Below, piece by piece: positions 19,164 to 28,440 of a stretch of 64,000 bases of DNA. The notes below the pieces were generated by a model. That model ran no database searches and was not told the origin of the DNA. It worked only from the letters and a program-made list of their open reading frames with translations. Every line of letters begins with the position of its first letter. Position 1 is the stretch's first letter. The stretch covers positions 1,375 through 65,374 of IMG/VR virus record IMGVR_UViG_2816332591_000002. One strand, given 5' to 3'. Position numbers and translations under genes: made by a program. Source of the stretch: a virus (taxonomy: Duplodnaviria > Caudoviricetes).

Positions 19164-20592
19164 CGTCGACCCCCGCCTCCGGCGACTGCTGCGCGCCGTC
19201 CTGCTCACCCAGCTGCGCCAGGCGGTCCAAGACCTGCGCGCCCCGCGCCCGGCGGCGCTCGGCCGCCACGCGCCGACGCTGATCCTCGGTGAAACCGGCC
19301 ATCTCCAGCAGCACGTCCGACTCGGCCGGCACGATCCCGGCCTGCGCCAGCTTCACCGCGGCATCCGTCTGCGCGGCGATCGTCGGCGTCGCCGGGTTGC
19401 GCCACACCGCCTCGATGCGCCGCGCCTTGTCCGGCGGCTCGCCGTCGCGCACCCACAGAGCGAGGCGCATCGCGTCCCGGTGCGTCGCCCCGAAGCGGCG
19501 GATGCGGCGCTCGGCCTTCTTCACCAGCATCGCCTCGCTAGAGCGGATGGCGTCCGCGCTGGCGGGGTTGTCGCTGGTGTAGCCGAGCATGTGCGGCGGC
19601 AGGCCGAGCTGGGTGGCCATGATGCGGGCATACAGGTCGATGATTTTCGTCTGCCCGGACGGGTCGTGCGCGGTGAACGCACCCACCGTCGGCACCTGGC
19701 CGTCCTCGTCGCGCTCAAGCGCCAGCACGCGGCCGATGTAGGTGTCCCAGGCCGACTTGGCGTTGCCCTCGGCGTCCTGGAATGCGCTCTCCGACGCGCC
19801 GAGGATGTAGCGCTGCGGCGCCCCGAAGAACTCGGCCGCCACCTCGATGCCCATCAACCTGCGGCATGCCGCGTCCGTGATCGACATGACCTCGGGCGTG
19901 ATCTCACTCTTGCCCACTCGGTCGGCGGTGCGCTGGCGGTTCGCCATCCGCAGCACCGGCGGCAGGCCAAGGCGGTGCTGATCCCGGTCGATGACCTCCC
20001 AGCCGCCGCTTTCGACCTCGACGGCGAACACCGTCTCATCCGGCTTGTACAAGGACACCAGGCGCTCACTCGGTGACAGGCCGAACCCGTACCGGTCCTG
20101 AGACTCCCGCAACGCGTGCAGCGGCACCCGCAGCCGGGCGTCCCACTCCATCGTCATGTCCAGTGGCGACTCGAACGTGATGATCGGCGGCAAGTCCGGG
20201 TCGTCCGCCGAGCCGACCGTCACGTACTCCCGGCCGTAGGTCAGCGCGTCCAGGTGCGCGAGGCTCGCCTCATCGAACCAGTCATTCGCCTCGGCGATCT
20301 CCTCCAGGTCCGAGGCGTCCGAGCCGTCCGCCCACCGGAACGCCTCCAGGTCCAGACGCTGCTCCAGCGCCTCCACGCCGATCCGCGGCCAACCGATCAC
20401 CGTGTGCAGCGTCTTGAGCTGCGGCGGGATGCTGATACCCAGATCGCGGACGATCTGCTCGCCGTTGAAGTAGCTGTCCAGCAGTTCCAGGCGGAAGCGG
20501 TGCGTCAACAGGTCCGTGCGCAGCGCCGTGACCAGATCCAGCTCGTCCGGGCTGAGAGACAGCAGCGGCAGCTCGGGAATGGCGGCGGTCAT
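19144..20592 (-). CDS. Portal protein (SPP1 gp6-like)
   Basis: YFNGEQ, GWPRIGVEALEQRL, G.SEIT, NPASADAI, WRNPATPT motifs. Confidence 0.93.
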   Translation of the reverse strand: MTAAIPELPLLSLSPDELDLVTALRTDLLTHRFRLELLDSYFNGEQIVRDLGISIPPQLKTLHTVIGWPRIGVEALEQRLDLEAFRWADGSDASDLEEIAEANDWFDEASLAHLDALTYGREYVTVGSADDPDLPPIITFESPLDMTMEWDARLRVPLHALRESQDRYGFGLSPSERLVSLYKPDETVFAVEVESGGWEVIDRDQHRLGLPPVLRMANRQRTADRVGKSEITPEVMSITDAACRRLMGIEVAAEFFGAPQRYILGASESAFQDAEGNAKSAWDTYIGRVLALERDEDGQVPTVGAFTAHDPSGQTKIIDLYARIMATQLGLPPHMLGYTSDNPASADAIRSSEAMLVKKAERRIRRFGATHRDAMRLALWVRDGEPPDKARRIEAVWRNPATPTIAAQTDAAVKLAQAGIVPAESDVLLEMAGFTEDQRRRVAAERRRARGAQVLDRLAQLGEQDGAQQSPEAGVDGGDGGF

Positions 20593-22222
20593 CGCAGCAC
20601 CACCACCCGTCCACTACGCGACTTCTTCTTGCCCAGCCCCTTGGACACGGCATCCACCCGGCACTGCCAGGCCAGGACAGCCGCCACCGCGGCGTCGATC
20701 TTCCTCGGGCTCTCCGGATGCTCCTTGGCGATCTGAATGCCCGAACGCGACTCCCGACGGCGGGCGTTCAGCACGTGCCGCGCCAGGACGCTCGACCCGT
20801 CATGCGACAGCTCGCCGTCCACCACCGAGGAGCGGAACTTCTCCAGCGCCCGCACGATCAGATTCGCCCGGCCGCCCGTCATCCACCACTCGATCGGATG
20901 CTGCAAGGTCGCCTTCACCTTCAATCGGCGCCCGTGCTTCGCCTCCAACGCTGCAATGTGCGACTCCCACTTCGCCGGGTCCGCGTACATCCCCACCACC
21001 CGGTACGTCTTGAACGCGTCCTCGACGGCGGCCAACACCTCAACCGTCGGCACCTGCCAGTCCAGTCCGAACGGGCCGTCCGGCTGCTCCCAGCAGCCCA
21101 GCAGGAACAGGTGCCCGTCCGAGACGCGGCAGCCGACCAGGGCCGTCGCATCCGTCACGCCGTGCGAGCGGCGACGCGAGCCGTCAAAGCCGAGCACGAC
21201 CTCCTCGCCGGGCCGCACGACCACGTCAGGAGCCGCCACCCCGGCCCACTCCGGCTGCGAGATCCACGAATCGGAAGCGTGCGTGATCTGGTTCAGGTAG
21301 AAGCGGCGCGCGTCCTGCGGATGCGTCGCCGGGTCCCACACCTCCGCCGCAATCCGCTCCAGATCCACCCAGCCGCCCGCGACATCGGCCGAGTCGCCGT
21401 ACACGTACCGCAGCCCGGCGAGCAGCGACTCGCGGTCCGCCATGTCCGTACCGGCCTCCGCCTCGCGGTGGTCGTACAGCAGCCCGTCGTCCCGAGCGCG
21501 GCCCTCGACGATGCGCTTCCAGTACTCCGCCGAGTCCTCCGCCACCGAACCCTCGCCCGGCAGGTAGGCGTTTGGCGACTCGATCGAGCTGCCGTTCGTC
21601 TTGCCGAGGTTGCGGCGCAGCGTCGCCGCCAGCTTCACCCCGCCGTTCGACGGCCGCCACTCCTCCGTCTGGTCCAGCACGCAGAACACTGGCCGGTTGC
21701 CCTCCCGGCTCGTGGCCGCCGAGGTCACGAACTCCACTCTGCCCTTCGGCAAGTTCACGAACGTGTCCAGCGGCTCCAGGCCCGGATACTCGTCGATCAC
21801 CGGGCCCTCGCGCAGCATCTCCAACAGCGGCGCCCACGCGTTCCGCGTCTGATCCTCCGACACGGCCGCCAGTTGCACCCACGGAGTCCGCAGATCCGCC
21901 CACGGCCGCCCTACCGGCTCGCCGTCCGCATCCCAGCCGTCCGGAACGACCGGGGCCAGCGCCTCAGCGCAGGCGATGGCGGCGAGCACAGGGCTTTTCC
22001 CCAGCCCTTCGGCCGCGACAGAACACCGCGCCGGTACCGCCTCCTCCCCGTGCGCGGATCGATCGCGTAGAAGTTGAGGATGAACTGCGCCTGCTCGCGG
22101 GTCAGCACCAGCGGCTCGTACTCCGTGCGGTCCGGCGCAGCGAGCATCTCGCCCATCCAGTCCAGTACCGCATACCCGAGCGTCGGCAGCTCACCCCGGT
22201 AGTTAGGCCCCCTCCACGGCAT
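20589..22222 (-). CDS. terL: Terminase large subunit, split by a -1 frameshift at about 21996-22002
   Basis: The N-terminal ORF ends ...SRPKGWGK; the -1 frame continues SPVLAAIACAEAL into the 466-aa ORF with QLAAVSEDQ, LGFDGS and KIDAAVAAVLA motifs. Programmed frameshift, pseudogene or sequencing error. Confidence 0.88.
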
Positions 22223-22682
22223 CGCCACCTCCGGGAAGCACCTTCAGGTCCGCGTACCGCTGCTTCGCCGGGCTCGCTGACGGCCTCTTCGAGTCCGCCT
22301 CGTCGGCCTGCGCGAACTGCATCCGCAGCCTCGCCCTGTCCTCTGGGGTGGCCCCGAACTTCGCCACCCGCAGCCGCAGCTCACCGGCCGCCGACATCTC
22401 GCCCGACCACAGCCGGGCGTGCACCACCGCGGTGTCCAGCAGGAAGTCCCAGTCCGTCGAGGAGAAGTGCTCGGCCTGCGGCGACGCCTTCCACATCTCC
22501 CACCAGTCCAGCGTCCGCTGCGGCCACTTGTGCTCGACCAGCTCGCCGTCCTTCATCACCTGCAGCGTGGGCAGCTCCGGCGGCTCTGCGTGCTCGAAGC
22601 GGAGAACGGTCTGAGGCGCCGCGTCCGCGTTACGCCGCGCCCGGCGAGAGGGGTCCTTGGGCTGAGGGCCACGGCCGGCCAT
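22203..22682 (-). CDS. terS: Terminase small subunit
   Basis: MAGRGPQPK...ELRLRVAKFGATPEDRARLR, typical actinophage TerS; overlaps terL. Confidence 0.85.
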   Translation of the reverse strand: MAGRGPQPKDPSRRARRNADAAPQTVLRFEHAEPPELPTLQVMKDGELVEHKWPQRTLDWWEMWKASPQAEHFSSTDWDFLLDTAVVHARLWSGEMSAAGELRLRVAKFGATPEDRARLRMQFAQADEADSKRPSASPAKQRYADLKVLPGGGDAVEGA

Positions 22683-22699
22683 ACGACCACCCCCAGCCT

Positions 22700-23338
22700 C
22701 TACAGCAGCGCCTCGACCGCGCCCTTCGGCAGTTCGGCCAGTTCCAGCGGCGTACCGCTCACGCGGTCACCGACGATGATGTAGCGGCGGTCCGAGTAGA
22801 CCTCGATCGCCACCTCGCCACGGCGGATCCGGCGGCCGGCCGGGACCGCGCCGCGGAACCACAGATGCAGCCCCGAGCCGGACCGGCCGCGCTCCATGTA
22901 CGTGGGCGGCAACTGGTCGACGATGCCCTGTGCCCACGGCAGCACCCGGCCGTTCTCAACTGCGTGGTCCAGGTCGACCACGACAACGCCGTCGCCGGAC
23001 GCCAGCACGTACCCGGCGCCCTCGCCGGCCAACGACCGGGCCGCCGTCGCGAAATCGGACCAGCTCGACGGGTCGGTGACCGAGGCGAACCGGCCGTCCG
23101 TGCGCAGCGGCACCTTCCGCGACGAGTACCGCACCCAGCGCGGACGCGCCGTCAGCTCCGCCGGAACACGGGCCGCCTGTTCAGCCGCCACCCGCTCCTG
23201 CTCCGCGCGACACCGCTCCCGGTACGCCGCCTGCCGGCAAGCCCCGCCGCAGTACCGCGCATCGGCCCGCGCCATCAGCGGCAGCGGGCCGGCGCAGCGC
23301 TCGCACTCGGTGCGGCTGGCGGTCGCGGATGCGGTCAT
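22700..23338 (-). CDS. Stand-alone primase-polymerase (AEP-like) domain with N-terminal Zn finger
   Basis: CERC...YCGGAC Zn finger; VVVDLDH, ERGRSGSGLHLW, IEVYS..RY motifs; TAAAAT -10 just upstream suggests a leaderless start. Confidence 0.75.
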   Translation of the reverse strand: MTASATASRTECERCAGPLPLMARADARYCGGACRQAAYRERCRAEQERVAAEQAARVPAELTARPRWVRYSSRKVPLRTDGRFASVTDPSSWSDFATAARSLAGEGAGYVLASGDGVVVVDLDHAVENGRVLPWAQGIVDQLPPTYMERGRSGSGLHLWFRGAVPAGRRIRRGEVAIEVYSDRRYIIVGDRVSGTPLELAELPKGAVEALL

Positions 23339-23399
23339 GTCATCCATTTTAGCGATCCCGCGTTACGGCTACAACGCTGTGAGCTGCACCGTTACCGAC

Positions 23400-23550
23400 C
23401 CGGTATGCGCGTCGCACTCCAATTAGGTCTAGACCTCTCCCGGATCGTCGCAGGTCGCAGACCCCCAGACCCGTACAGCGGGACAGCCGCAATACGGTCC
23501 CGATGGCTGTGATCACCGGGGAGGGGGATCACCCCCCAGGGGTGATCAAG
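23400..23550. other. Candidate DNA-packaging (cos/pac) region
   Basis: Non-coding gap between the HNH cluster and terS; palindrome AGGTCTAGACCT (23425-23436) and inverted repeat GATCACCCC-CCA-GGGGTGATC (23527-23547). Confidence 0.4.
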
Positions 23551-23559
23551 GCGTGCGGA

Positions 23560-23766
23560 TCATGCGTACCAGCGCTCAAAGTCGATCTCCGCTGTCTTGA
23601 TCGCTTCGGCTGCGAGGGTCCGCGCCAGTGGATCACTCGACGTCTGCGCGATGACCTTGAGCACGTCACGATAGAGATCGTCTTCGAGCGCGTGAGCTTG
23701 CTCATCGTCGCTGCTCGCACGCTTGGCGATCAGCGCGATGCGGTCGCGCACACGGGAGACGTCCAT
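23560..23766 (-). CDS. Hypothetical phage protein
   Basis: 68 aa, GAGGGAGG RBS. Confidence 0.65.
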   Translation of the reverse strand: MDVSRVRDRIALIAKRASSDDEQAHALEDDLYRDVLKVIAQTSSDPLARTLAAEAIKTAEIDFERWYA

Positions 23767-23826
23767 GCCTGCCTCCCTCGGTGCCCTGCCCCGTGCTGGC
23801 CTGCCCCTGCCCCGTCGGGTGGGTGG

Positions 23827-24069
23827 CTACCGCCTGCGCCTGCTGGCCTTGGCGTGCTGTGAGGTGGTGGCGCCTGCGGCCTGCATGTGCCTGAGCTGGC
23901 AGTAGCCCTTGGCTCTTGGTCCCATGTACTTGGATACGGCGCGGACGCAGCGCTTCCAGTCGCCTGGCGTTCCCCATCGGATCTTGGCTGCGCCTGCCCC
24001 GCTGCTCCAGTAGTTCCGCAGGGTCTGGGCGTTGCCGCCGCGCTTGCTGCCGCGTCCCTTGCTGGCCAC
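23827..24069 (-). CDS. Small basic phage protein (KIRWGTPGD..RC motif)
   Basis: GTG start after AGGAG; motif recalled from actinophage head-associated proteins. Confidence 0.65.
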   Translation of the reverse strand: MASKGRGSKRGGNAQTLRNYWSSGAGAAKIRWGTPGDWKRCVRAVSKYMGPRAKGYCQLRHMQAAGATTSQHAKASRRRR

Positions 24070-24074
24070 GTGGA

Positions 24075-24260
24075 TCACTCCTCGGGCTGGTCGATGCGGG
24101 CCTCGTAGCAGAGGACGCCGTCCGTGGGTGCACCGAACAGGATGCGGCCCGTGGCGTCCATGAACGTCAGCCAGTTGCGCCCTTGGTCGACCATCGACAC
24201 GTTCCTGACGGTGGTGAGCTGGCCGGAGCACAGCTCGACGCGGTAGTCCGCTGGGGTCAT
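24075..24260 (-). CDS. Hypothetical protein
   Basis: 61 aa, GAGGAGG RBS. Confidence 0.6.
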   Translation of the reverse strand: MTPADYRVELCSGQLTTVRNVSMVDQGRNWLTFMDATGRILFGAPTDGVLCYEARIDQPEE

Positions 24261-24273
24261 GACGTGCCCCTCC

Positions 24274-24561
24274 TCACCTCAGCCCGGGGTGTGTCTCGGG
24301 CGGTCGTGTACGGCCCGGCTTGGTGCGGGGTGCGGCGTTGCCCTCGGCGGACGACTTCCGCCCATGGCACTCAGCGCAGACGCCCTGCAGCCCCTCGGGC
24401 CGATGGTCGTCGGTCTTGGCCTGGATGTGGTCGCAGTGCGTGGACGGGCGCACGCCGCAGATTTGGCACGTCACGTCGCGGGCCAGTACGCGGGCGCGGA
24501 TCTTCTTCCAGCCGGGCGGGAGGCGCTTCACGCGGTCCGAGCCCTGCCATCCGCCAGTCAT
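24274..24561 (-). CDS. HNH endonuclease (terminase-associated)
   Basis: W..IRARVLARD..CQIC...DHI...LQGVCAECHGRKS. Confidence 0.88.
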   Translation of the reverse strand: MTGGWQGSDRVKRLPPGWKKIRARVLARDVTCQICGVRPSTHCDHIQAKTDDHRPEGLQGVCAECHGRKSSAEGNAAPRTKPGRTRPPETHPGLR

Positions 24562-24564
24562 GGG

Positions 24565-24771
24565 TTACTCCTCGGGGCTGCGTTCCGTATCGCTACTGAT
24601 AGCCCATCCTCCGAAGCCAGCGCGCCGCCCGCCGGGGTTGTTCTCTACGGCAATACGGTAGAGGCGGACGGCGGTGTCTTCGGCCCGCGGGAGTGGGTCG
24701 CCATCGCTGCCGTTGATCTCTATGGTGATCTCGCGGGTACCGTCAGACAGCTTGACGGTGACGTCAGGCAT
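24565..24771 (-). CDS. Hypothetical protein
   Basis: 68 aa, coupled to neighbours. Confidence 0.6.
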   Translation of the reverse strand: MPDVTVKLSDGTREITIEINGSDGDPLPRAEDTAVRLYRIAVENNPGGRRAGFGGWAISSDTERSPEE

Positions 24772-25090
24772 CGTATGCGGGGCGAGGGCTGCGAACTTCT
24801 ACGCGCCCGGCGATCGGGCTACTGAAGTCGGGGCCGTCAAGTCCGGTCATCACCTCGCCGCTGTAGGCGATGTGGCTATTCGCGGGGATCTCGACGGTCT
24901 CAGGCGTGACGATGACGGCTCGCGCGCCGGCCTTGTCGGCGACCTCCTGCCAGTAGTCGACCCACGGCTGGTCCACTCCGATGACCGCGCGCTGCGGCAC
25001 GGCCTGGTCGACGACGATCACGAACGGCGTCTCGTCGTCGCCGCCTTCGCGGTAGATGGTGGGCAGTTCGAGGATCTGGATGCGGGCCAT
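24764..25090 (-). CDS. Hypothetical phage protein (MARIQILELP...)
   Basis: 108 aa with RBS. Confidence 0.65.
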   Translation of the reverse strand: MARIQILELPTIYREGGDDETPFVIVVDQAVPQRAVIGVDQPWVDYWQEVADKAGARAVIVTPETVEIPANSHIAYSGEVMTGLDGPDFSSPIAGRVEVRSPRPAYDA

Positions 25091-25109
25091 CGGCGCGGGC
25101 CTTTCGTGC

Positions 25110-25712
25110 TTAGGCGCGGCTGCCCCATCGGGGGCCGCGCAGGGCTTCGGGGACGTCGCTCATCGGCGTGTACGACGGGATGGCGAGGATGTCGGCGAGC
25201 CTGAGCTGATTACGGATGCGTGGCCGTTCGGGCGGCTCGGGCCTGTCGAGTCCGGCGAGGACCTCGTCGGTGAGCCCGTGGGCGTGCGCGAGGTCCAGCA
25301 GCTCGGGGCAGTCGTTGAGGTTCTCGGTGTTCGGCAGGCCCCACTCGTCGGTGCCGCAGCCCTCACAGGCGGCGGTGAACGCGGTCTGACTGGTGTCGAG
25401 GGTGTGCCGGGCCAGGATGCGGCGGTCGGCTTCGCAGCGGCGGAGCGCGGCCGCCTCCGACTCCAGCGGAGCGAGGCGACTGTCGAACGGGGCTGCTTCC
25501 CGTCCGGTGACGGTGAGCTCCAGCCCGTCGACGCTCCGGCTGGCTCGGGTGATCGTTCCTCCGACGGCGTGACCGCTATCGTTCGGGTAGACGACGATCT
25601 TGGCGCGGCTGCCGTCGTTCGGGTAGATGACGACCTTGCGGCCGACCAGTTGGCGGCGCGCCTCCTCCTCGGCGGCGTCGACTTGCCGGGTGATCCAGGC
25701 GCGAAGGTCCAT
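25110..25712 (-). CDS. DUF6221-like phage protein
   Basis: MDLRAWITRQVD...AALRRCEADRRILARH...CPELLDLA pattern. Confidence 0.65.
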   Translation of the reverse strand: MDLRAWITRQVDAAEEEARRQLVGRKVVIYPNDGSRAKIVVYPNDSGHAVGGTITRASRSVDGLELTVTGREAAPFDSRLAPLESEAAALRRCEADRRILARHTLDTSQTAFTAACEGCGTDEWGLPNTENLNDCPELLDLAHAHGLTDEVLAGLDRPEPPERPRIRNQLRLADILAIPSYTPMSDVPEALRGPRWGSRA

Positions 25713-25731
25713 CGGCGCAAGGTTGTCCTGC

Positions 25732-26259
25732 TCACCCACGGCGCGACCACCACCAAACCCCAAGCGTGTGCCCCCGCATGGCCTCGACGCCACCGCCGAG
25801 GTCGGCGAGCACGGCATCCATGTCGTCGGCGTCCCAGTGATGGACGTGCTCCTCGGCGGGGTTGCCGTCGATCTCGCCCTGGGGTGCGTCAACGATGGGT
25901 ACGGACACGAGGATGTGCCACGCCCCGGCCGCCTCGATGCGGCGCAGGAGGTCGACGGCGTCTTCGCGGGGCATGTGCTCCAGCACGTCCCCGCAGATGA
26001 CAAGGTCCCGGTGGTAGAGGTGACCGGGGGCGCGGCGGGCGTCGAGGTGGTGCACCTCGTCGCACTTCGCCTTGAGCTTGTACCGGCTGATGTACGGCTT
26101 GTGGACCTCGATGCAGGTCCACCACACGCCCTCGTGGGCGGGCCGCAGCAGCTTGGCGTAGGTGCCGGAGCCGGGACCGACGTCGGTGACCGTGTCGGGC
26201 TGGTGGCGCCGGAAGCGTTCGAGAGCCCAGTCCTTGCCCTCGTCGATGCTCGTGGGCAT
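25732..26259 (-). CDS. Class I SAM-dependent methyltransferase
   Basis: DVGPGSG motif I, CIEVH, DLVICGDVLEHM, EEHVHHW; lacks DNA-MTase catalytic motifs (DPPY/PC). Confidence 0.85.
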   Translation of the reverse strand: MPTSIDEGKDWALERFRRHQPDTVTDVGPGSGTYAKLLRPAHEGVWWTCIEVHKPYISRYKLKAKCDEVHHLDARRAPGHLYHRDLVICGDVLEHMPREDAVDLLRRIEAAGAWHILVSVPIVDAPQGEIDGNPAEEHVHHWDADDMDAVLADLGGGVEAMRGHTLGVWWWSRRG

Positions 26260-26272
26260 GGCGGCCCCCTTG

Positions 26273-26566
26273 TCAGTAGACGGTGATGCGGCCGGCGAGC
26301 TGGACGGGGATCTCAACCCCGGCTGCGACTTTGATCCACACGCGGTAGGTGGCCTGCTCCAGCGTGATGGCGCCGCCGGTAGGGCCGACGAGGATGCGCG
26401 CGTCACCGTCGTGCCACTCGCCCGCCAGCCAGTCGCCTGGGCCCGGGTTCGCATCGGTGAGCAGGAACGCCAGTTGGGGCGGCGTCGCGATGGTGATGGG
26501 CGTACCAGCTGCCCGTGCGGCGACGGGGATGTGGATGTACTCGGTGCTGGTGGCGGCTATCTCCAT
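26273..26566 (-). CDS. Small Ig-like virion protein
   Basis: STEYIHIPV...YRVWIKV...EIPV..AGRITV beta-rich pattern. Confidence 0.65.
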   Translation of the reverse strand: MEIAATSTEYIHIPVAARAAGTPITIATPPQLAFLLTDANPGPGDWLAGEWHDGDARILVGPTGGAITLEQATYRVWIKVAAGVEIPVQLAGRITVY

Positions 26567-27390
26567 GGCGCTCCCACGTGGTAGCCGCGCCGGGGCGGGC
26601 CGACGGCGATGGTGATGTCGCTGAGGTCGACGGCGTCGGGGGAAGCGACGCCGGTGGTCTGTGCGCTGCCGTGAGCGGCGGCGTAAGCGGTCTGCCGGAC
26701 GGTGGCGGCACCGTTGGCCTGTCCGGATCCAGTGGTGGTGGCTCGCGCGATGCGCTTGCTGGTGACGGTCGCGCCGCTGGCCGCGGTGCCAGTGCAGGTG
26801 CCGGTGAACAAGGCGGCGTTGGAGAGCGTGTTGACGCGGTCGTACTCGGCGTAGTCGGTGGTGCCGGAGCTGCGGTGGGCGGACAGATCGAGGGCACAGG
26901 TGTCGATCCCGGTGGTCACCCAGGTCGGTGTCGCCAACGTGCGGCGGTTGGTCCAGGTCGATCCGTCGGGCGACGTGTCCCACAGGACGTTGCCGCCGGT
27001 CTCGCGGATGCGGAGCCACAGGTGGGTGGTGCCGCTGTAGGCGATCTCCACCGCTGTCGCGTCGAAGTAGCCGACGTCGGACTGCATCCGCAGCATGGTC
27101 GTGACCATGTTGATCGTGAAGCCGATCCTCGTGCCGTCCGTACCGGAGTTGACCATGAAGGCGCAGTACGCCTCCGTGGCGCCGCTGGCCGCGGGCCGGG
27201 TCGGGACCTGCACGTACACCGAGCTGCCCGCCAGGGTCCACTGGTAGGCGCTCTGGTATCCGGCGAAACCGGTCGTGCATGGGACGCGAGCGCGGCCCCC
27301 GACCTCCGACACGCCCCCGTAGTAGTTGCCCCATTCCGGGCCGACGATGTTGTCGCTGAAGTTGTCGACGAGGGTGGCGATGAGGCCCAC
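26557..27390 (-). CDS. Virion protein with lectin/concanavalin-like domain
   Basis: LVDNFSD...W, HLWLRIRETGG.V.WDTSPDG.TW beta-sandwich followed by a Thr/Ala/Gly-rich tail. Confidence 0.65.
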   Translation of the reverse strand: MGLIATLVDNFSDNIVGPEWGNYYGGVSEVGGRARVPCTTGFAGYQSAYQWTLAGSSVYVQVPTRPAASGATEAYCAFMVNSGTDGTRIGFTINMVTTMLRMQSDVGYFDATAVEIAYSGTTHLWLRIRETGGNVLWDTSPDGSTWTNRRTLATPTWVTTGIDTCALDLSAHRSSGTTDYAEYDRVNTLSNAALFTGTCTGTAASGATVTSKRIARATTTGSGQANGAATVRQTAYAAAHGSAQTTGVASPDAVDLSDITIAVGPPRRGYHVGAPWR

Positions 27391-27400
27391 GGTCCACCCC

Positions 27401-27784
27401 TTACGAGATCGTGAAGACCAGGCCGCCTGCGGCAATCTTGAAGTCGTCGCCAGCTGCGACCGTGCGGTTCGCATCGAGTGGCATGTACGCCCATCGCACC
27501 GGGGTGCCGGCGCTGTCCCAGACCTCGGCGCCGACCACGGTACAGGCGGGCATGGACGTCCACAGCAGGTCCGCCGAGTTGCTCACCGAGCCGCTCGCCG
27601 CGGCAGCGACTGTCATGTTCTTGCGGCTGTAGGAGCCGCCCGTCACCTCGGTGCCCGCGGTCGCGTCATCGCCGTTCGCGGTCACGAGCGCGACCTTGAT
27701 GGGGGCGGTCGGCGCGGTCGTGGTGTTGCCGAACATCCAGTCCAGCAACCGGTTCTCCGCCGTGTTCGTCAAGTTGTCCGCCAC
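27401..27784 (-). CDS. Fiber/head-decoration structural protein
   Basis: LT..AEN.LLD, VAL.TA, EVTGGSYSR, RTVAAGDDFKIAAG.L motifs. Confidence 0.75.
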   Translation of the reverse strand: MADNLTNTAENRLLDWMFGNTTTAPTAPIKVALVTANGDDATAGTEVTGGSYSRKNMTVAAAASGSVSNSADLLWTSMPACTVVGAEVWDSAGTPVRWAYMPLDANRTVAAGDDFKIAAGGLVFTIS

Positions 27785-27886
27785 GGCGGGCTCCTCTCGC
27801 GTGGGGTGCCCGCTGCCCGGCGGGCCGCCGTGGTGCCGGGCAGCAGGCGGGGCCCGCCCTGGGGGGACGTCGGGCCCGGTCGGGGG

Positions 27887-28111
27887 TCAGGCGGCGCGCG
27901 CCCCGTCGGGGAGGGGTGGGGCTTCGCCGGGGGTGAGGAGGCCGGTCCATTCGTCGCGGGTGGCGCGCGGCAGGTCGTCGAGGTAGTAGCGGGCGGCCTT
28001 GCCCCGGCCCTCGCGGCGGATGCGGCCTTCGCTGGCCCATCGCCAGATGGTGCCGACGGGCCGGCCGGTGTAGTGGGCGGCGTCGGCGGCGGTGACGAGC
28101 CTGGGGGGCAT
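27887..28111 (-). CDS. Small HTH (MerR/Xis-like) DNA-binding protein
   Basis: LVTAADAAHYTGRPVGTIWRWASEGRI...YYLDDL. Confidence 0.75.
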   Translation of the reverse strand: MPPRLVTAADAAHYTGRPVGTIWRWASEGRIRREGRGKAARYYLDDLPRATRDEWTGLLTPGEAPPLPDGARAA

Positions 28112-28136
28112 GTGGCACCCCCTTGGACGTGCGTGA

Positions 28137-28160
28137 GGGCCGCCTGGTCTCAGGCGGCCC
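28137..28160 (-). terminator. Hairpin terminator downstream of the putative late promoter
   Basis: GGGCCGCCTG-gtct-CAGGCGGCCC perfect 10-bp stem. Confidence 0.65.
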
Positions 28161-28188
28161 TCAAAGCGCAGTAATGCTAGTTGAGCAG

Positions 28189-28218
28189 ATCATGACTTCG
28201 GTGCTGTTCAAATGTCAA
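28189..28218 (-). promoter_or_regulatory. Sigma70/HrdB-type promoter facing the structural genes
   Basis: Minus strand TTGACA-18 nt-CATGAT in an AT-richer patch. Confidence 0.6.
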
Positions 28219-28412
28219 GCACTGGGCTTGCCCAGCTCGCTGATCGCGACGGCTGCGTCGGTGACGAGACGCTCGGTCCTTTCCAGTTCTTCGCGAAGCG
28301 CGTCACCGGCCAGTGCCCTGTACGAGAGGTCTATGTGCGCGTTCCCCAGATCGGCGACCACCCGCTCCAGGCGGTGGATACGAAGGTCTTCAGGGTCCAG
28401 GTGGGTAGCCAT
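28215..28412 (-). CDS. Hypothetical protein
   Basis: 65-aa ORF with RBS. Confidence 0.5.
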   Translation of the reverse strand: MATHLDPEDLRIHRLERVVADLGNAHIDLSYRALAGDALREELERTERLVTDAAVAISELGKPSA

Positions 28413-28440
28413 GCGGACATCATGTCCCCCTGCTCCTCCG

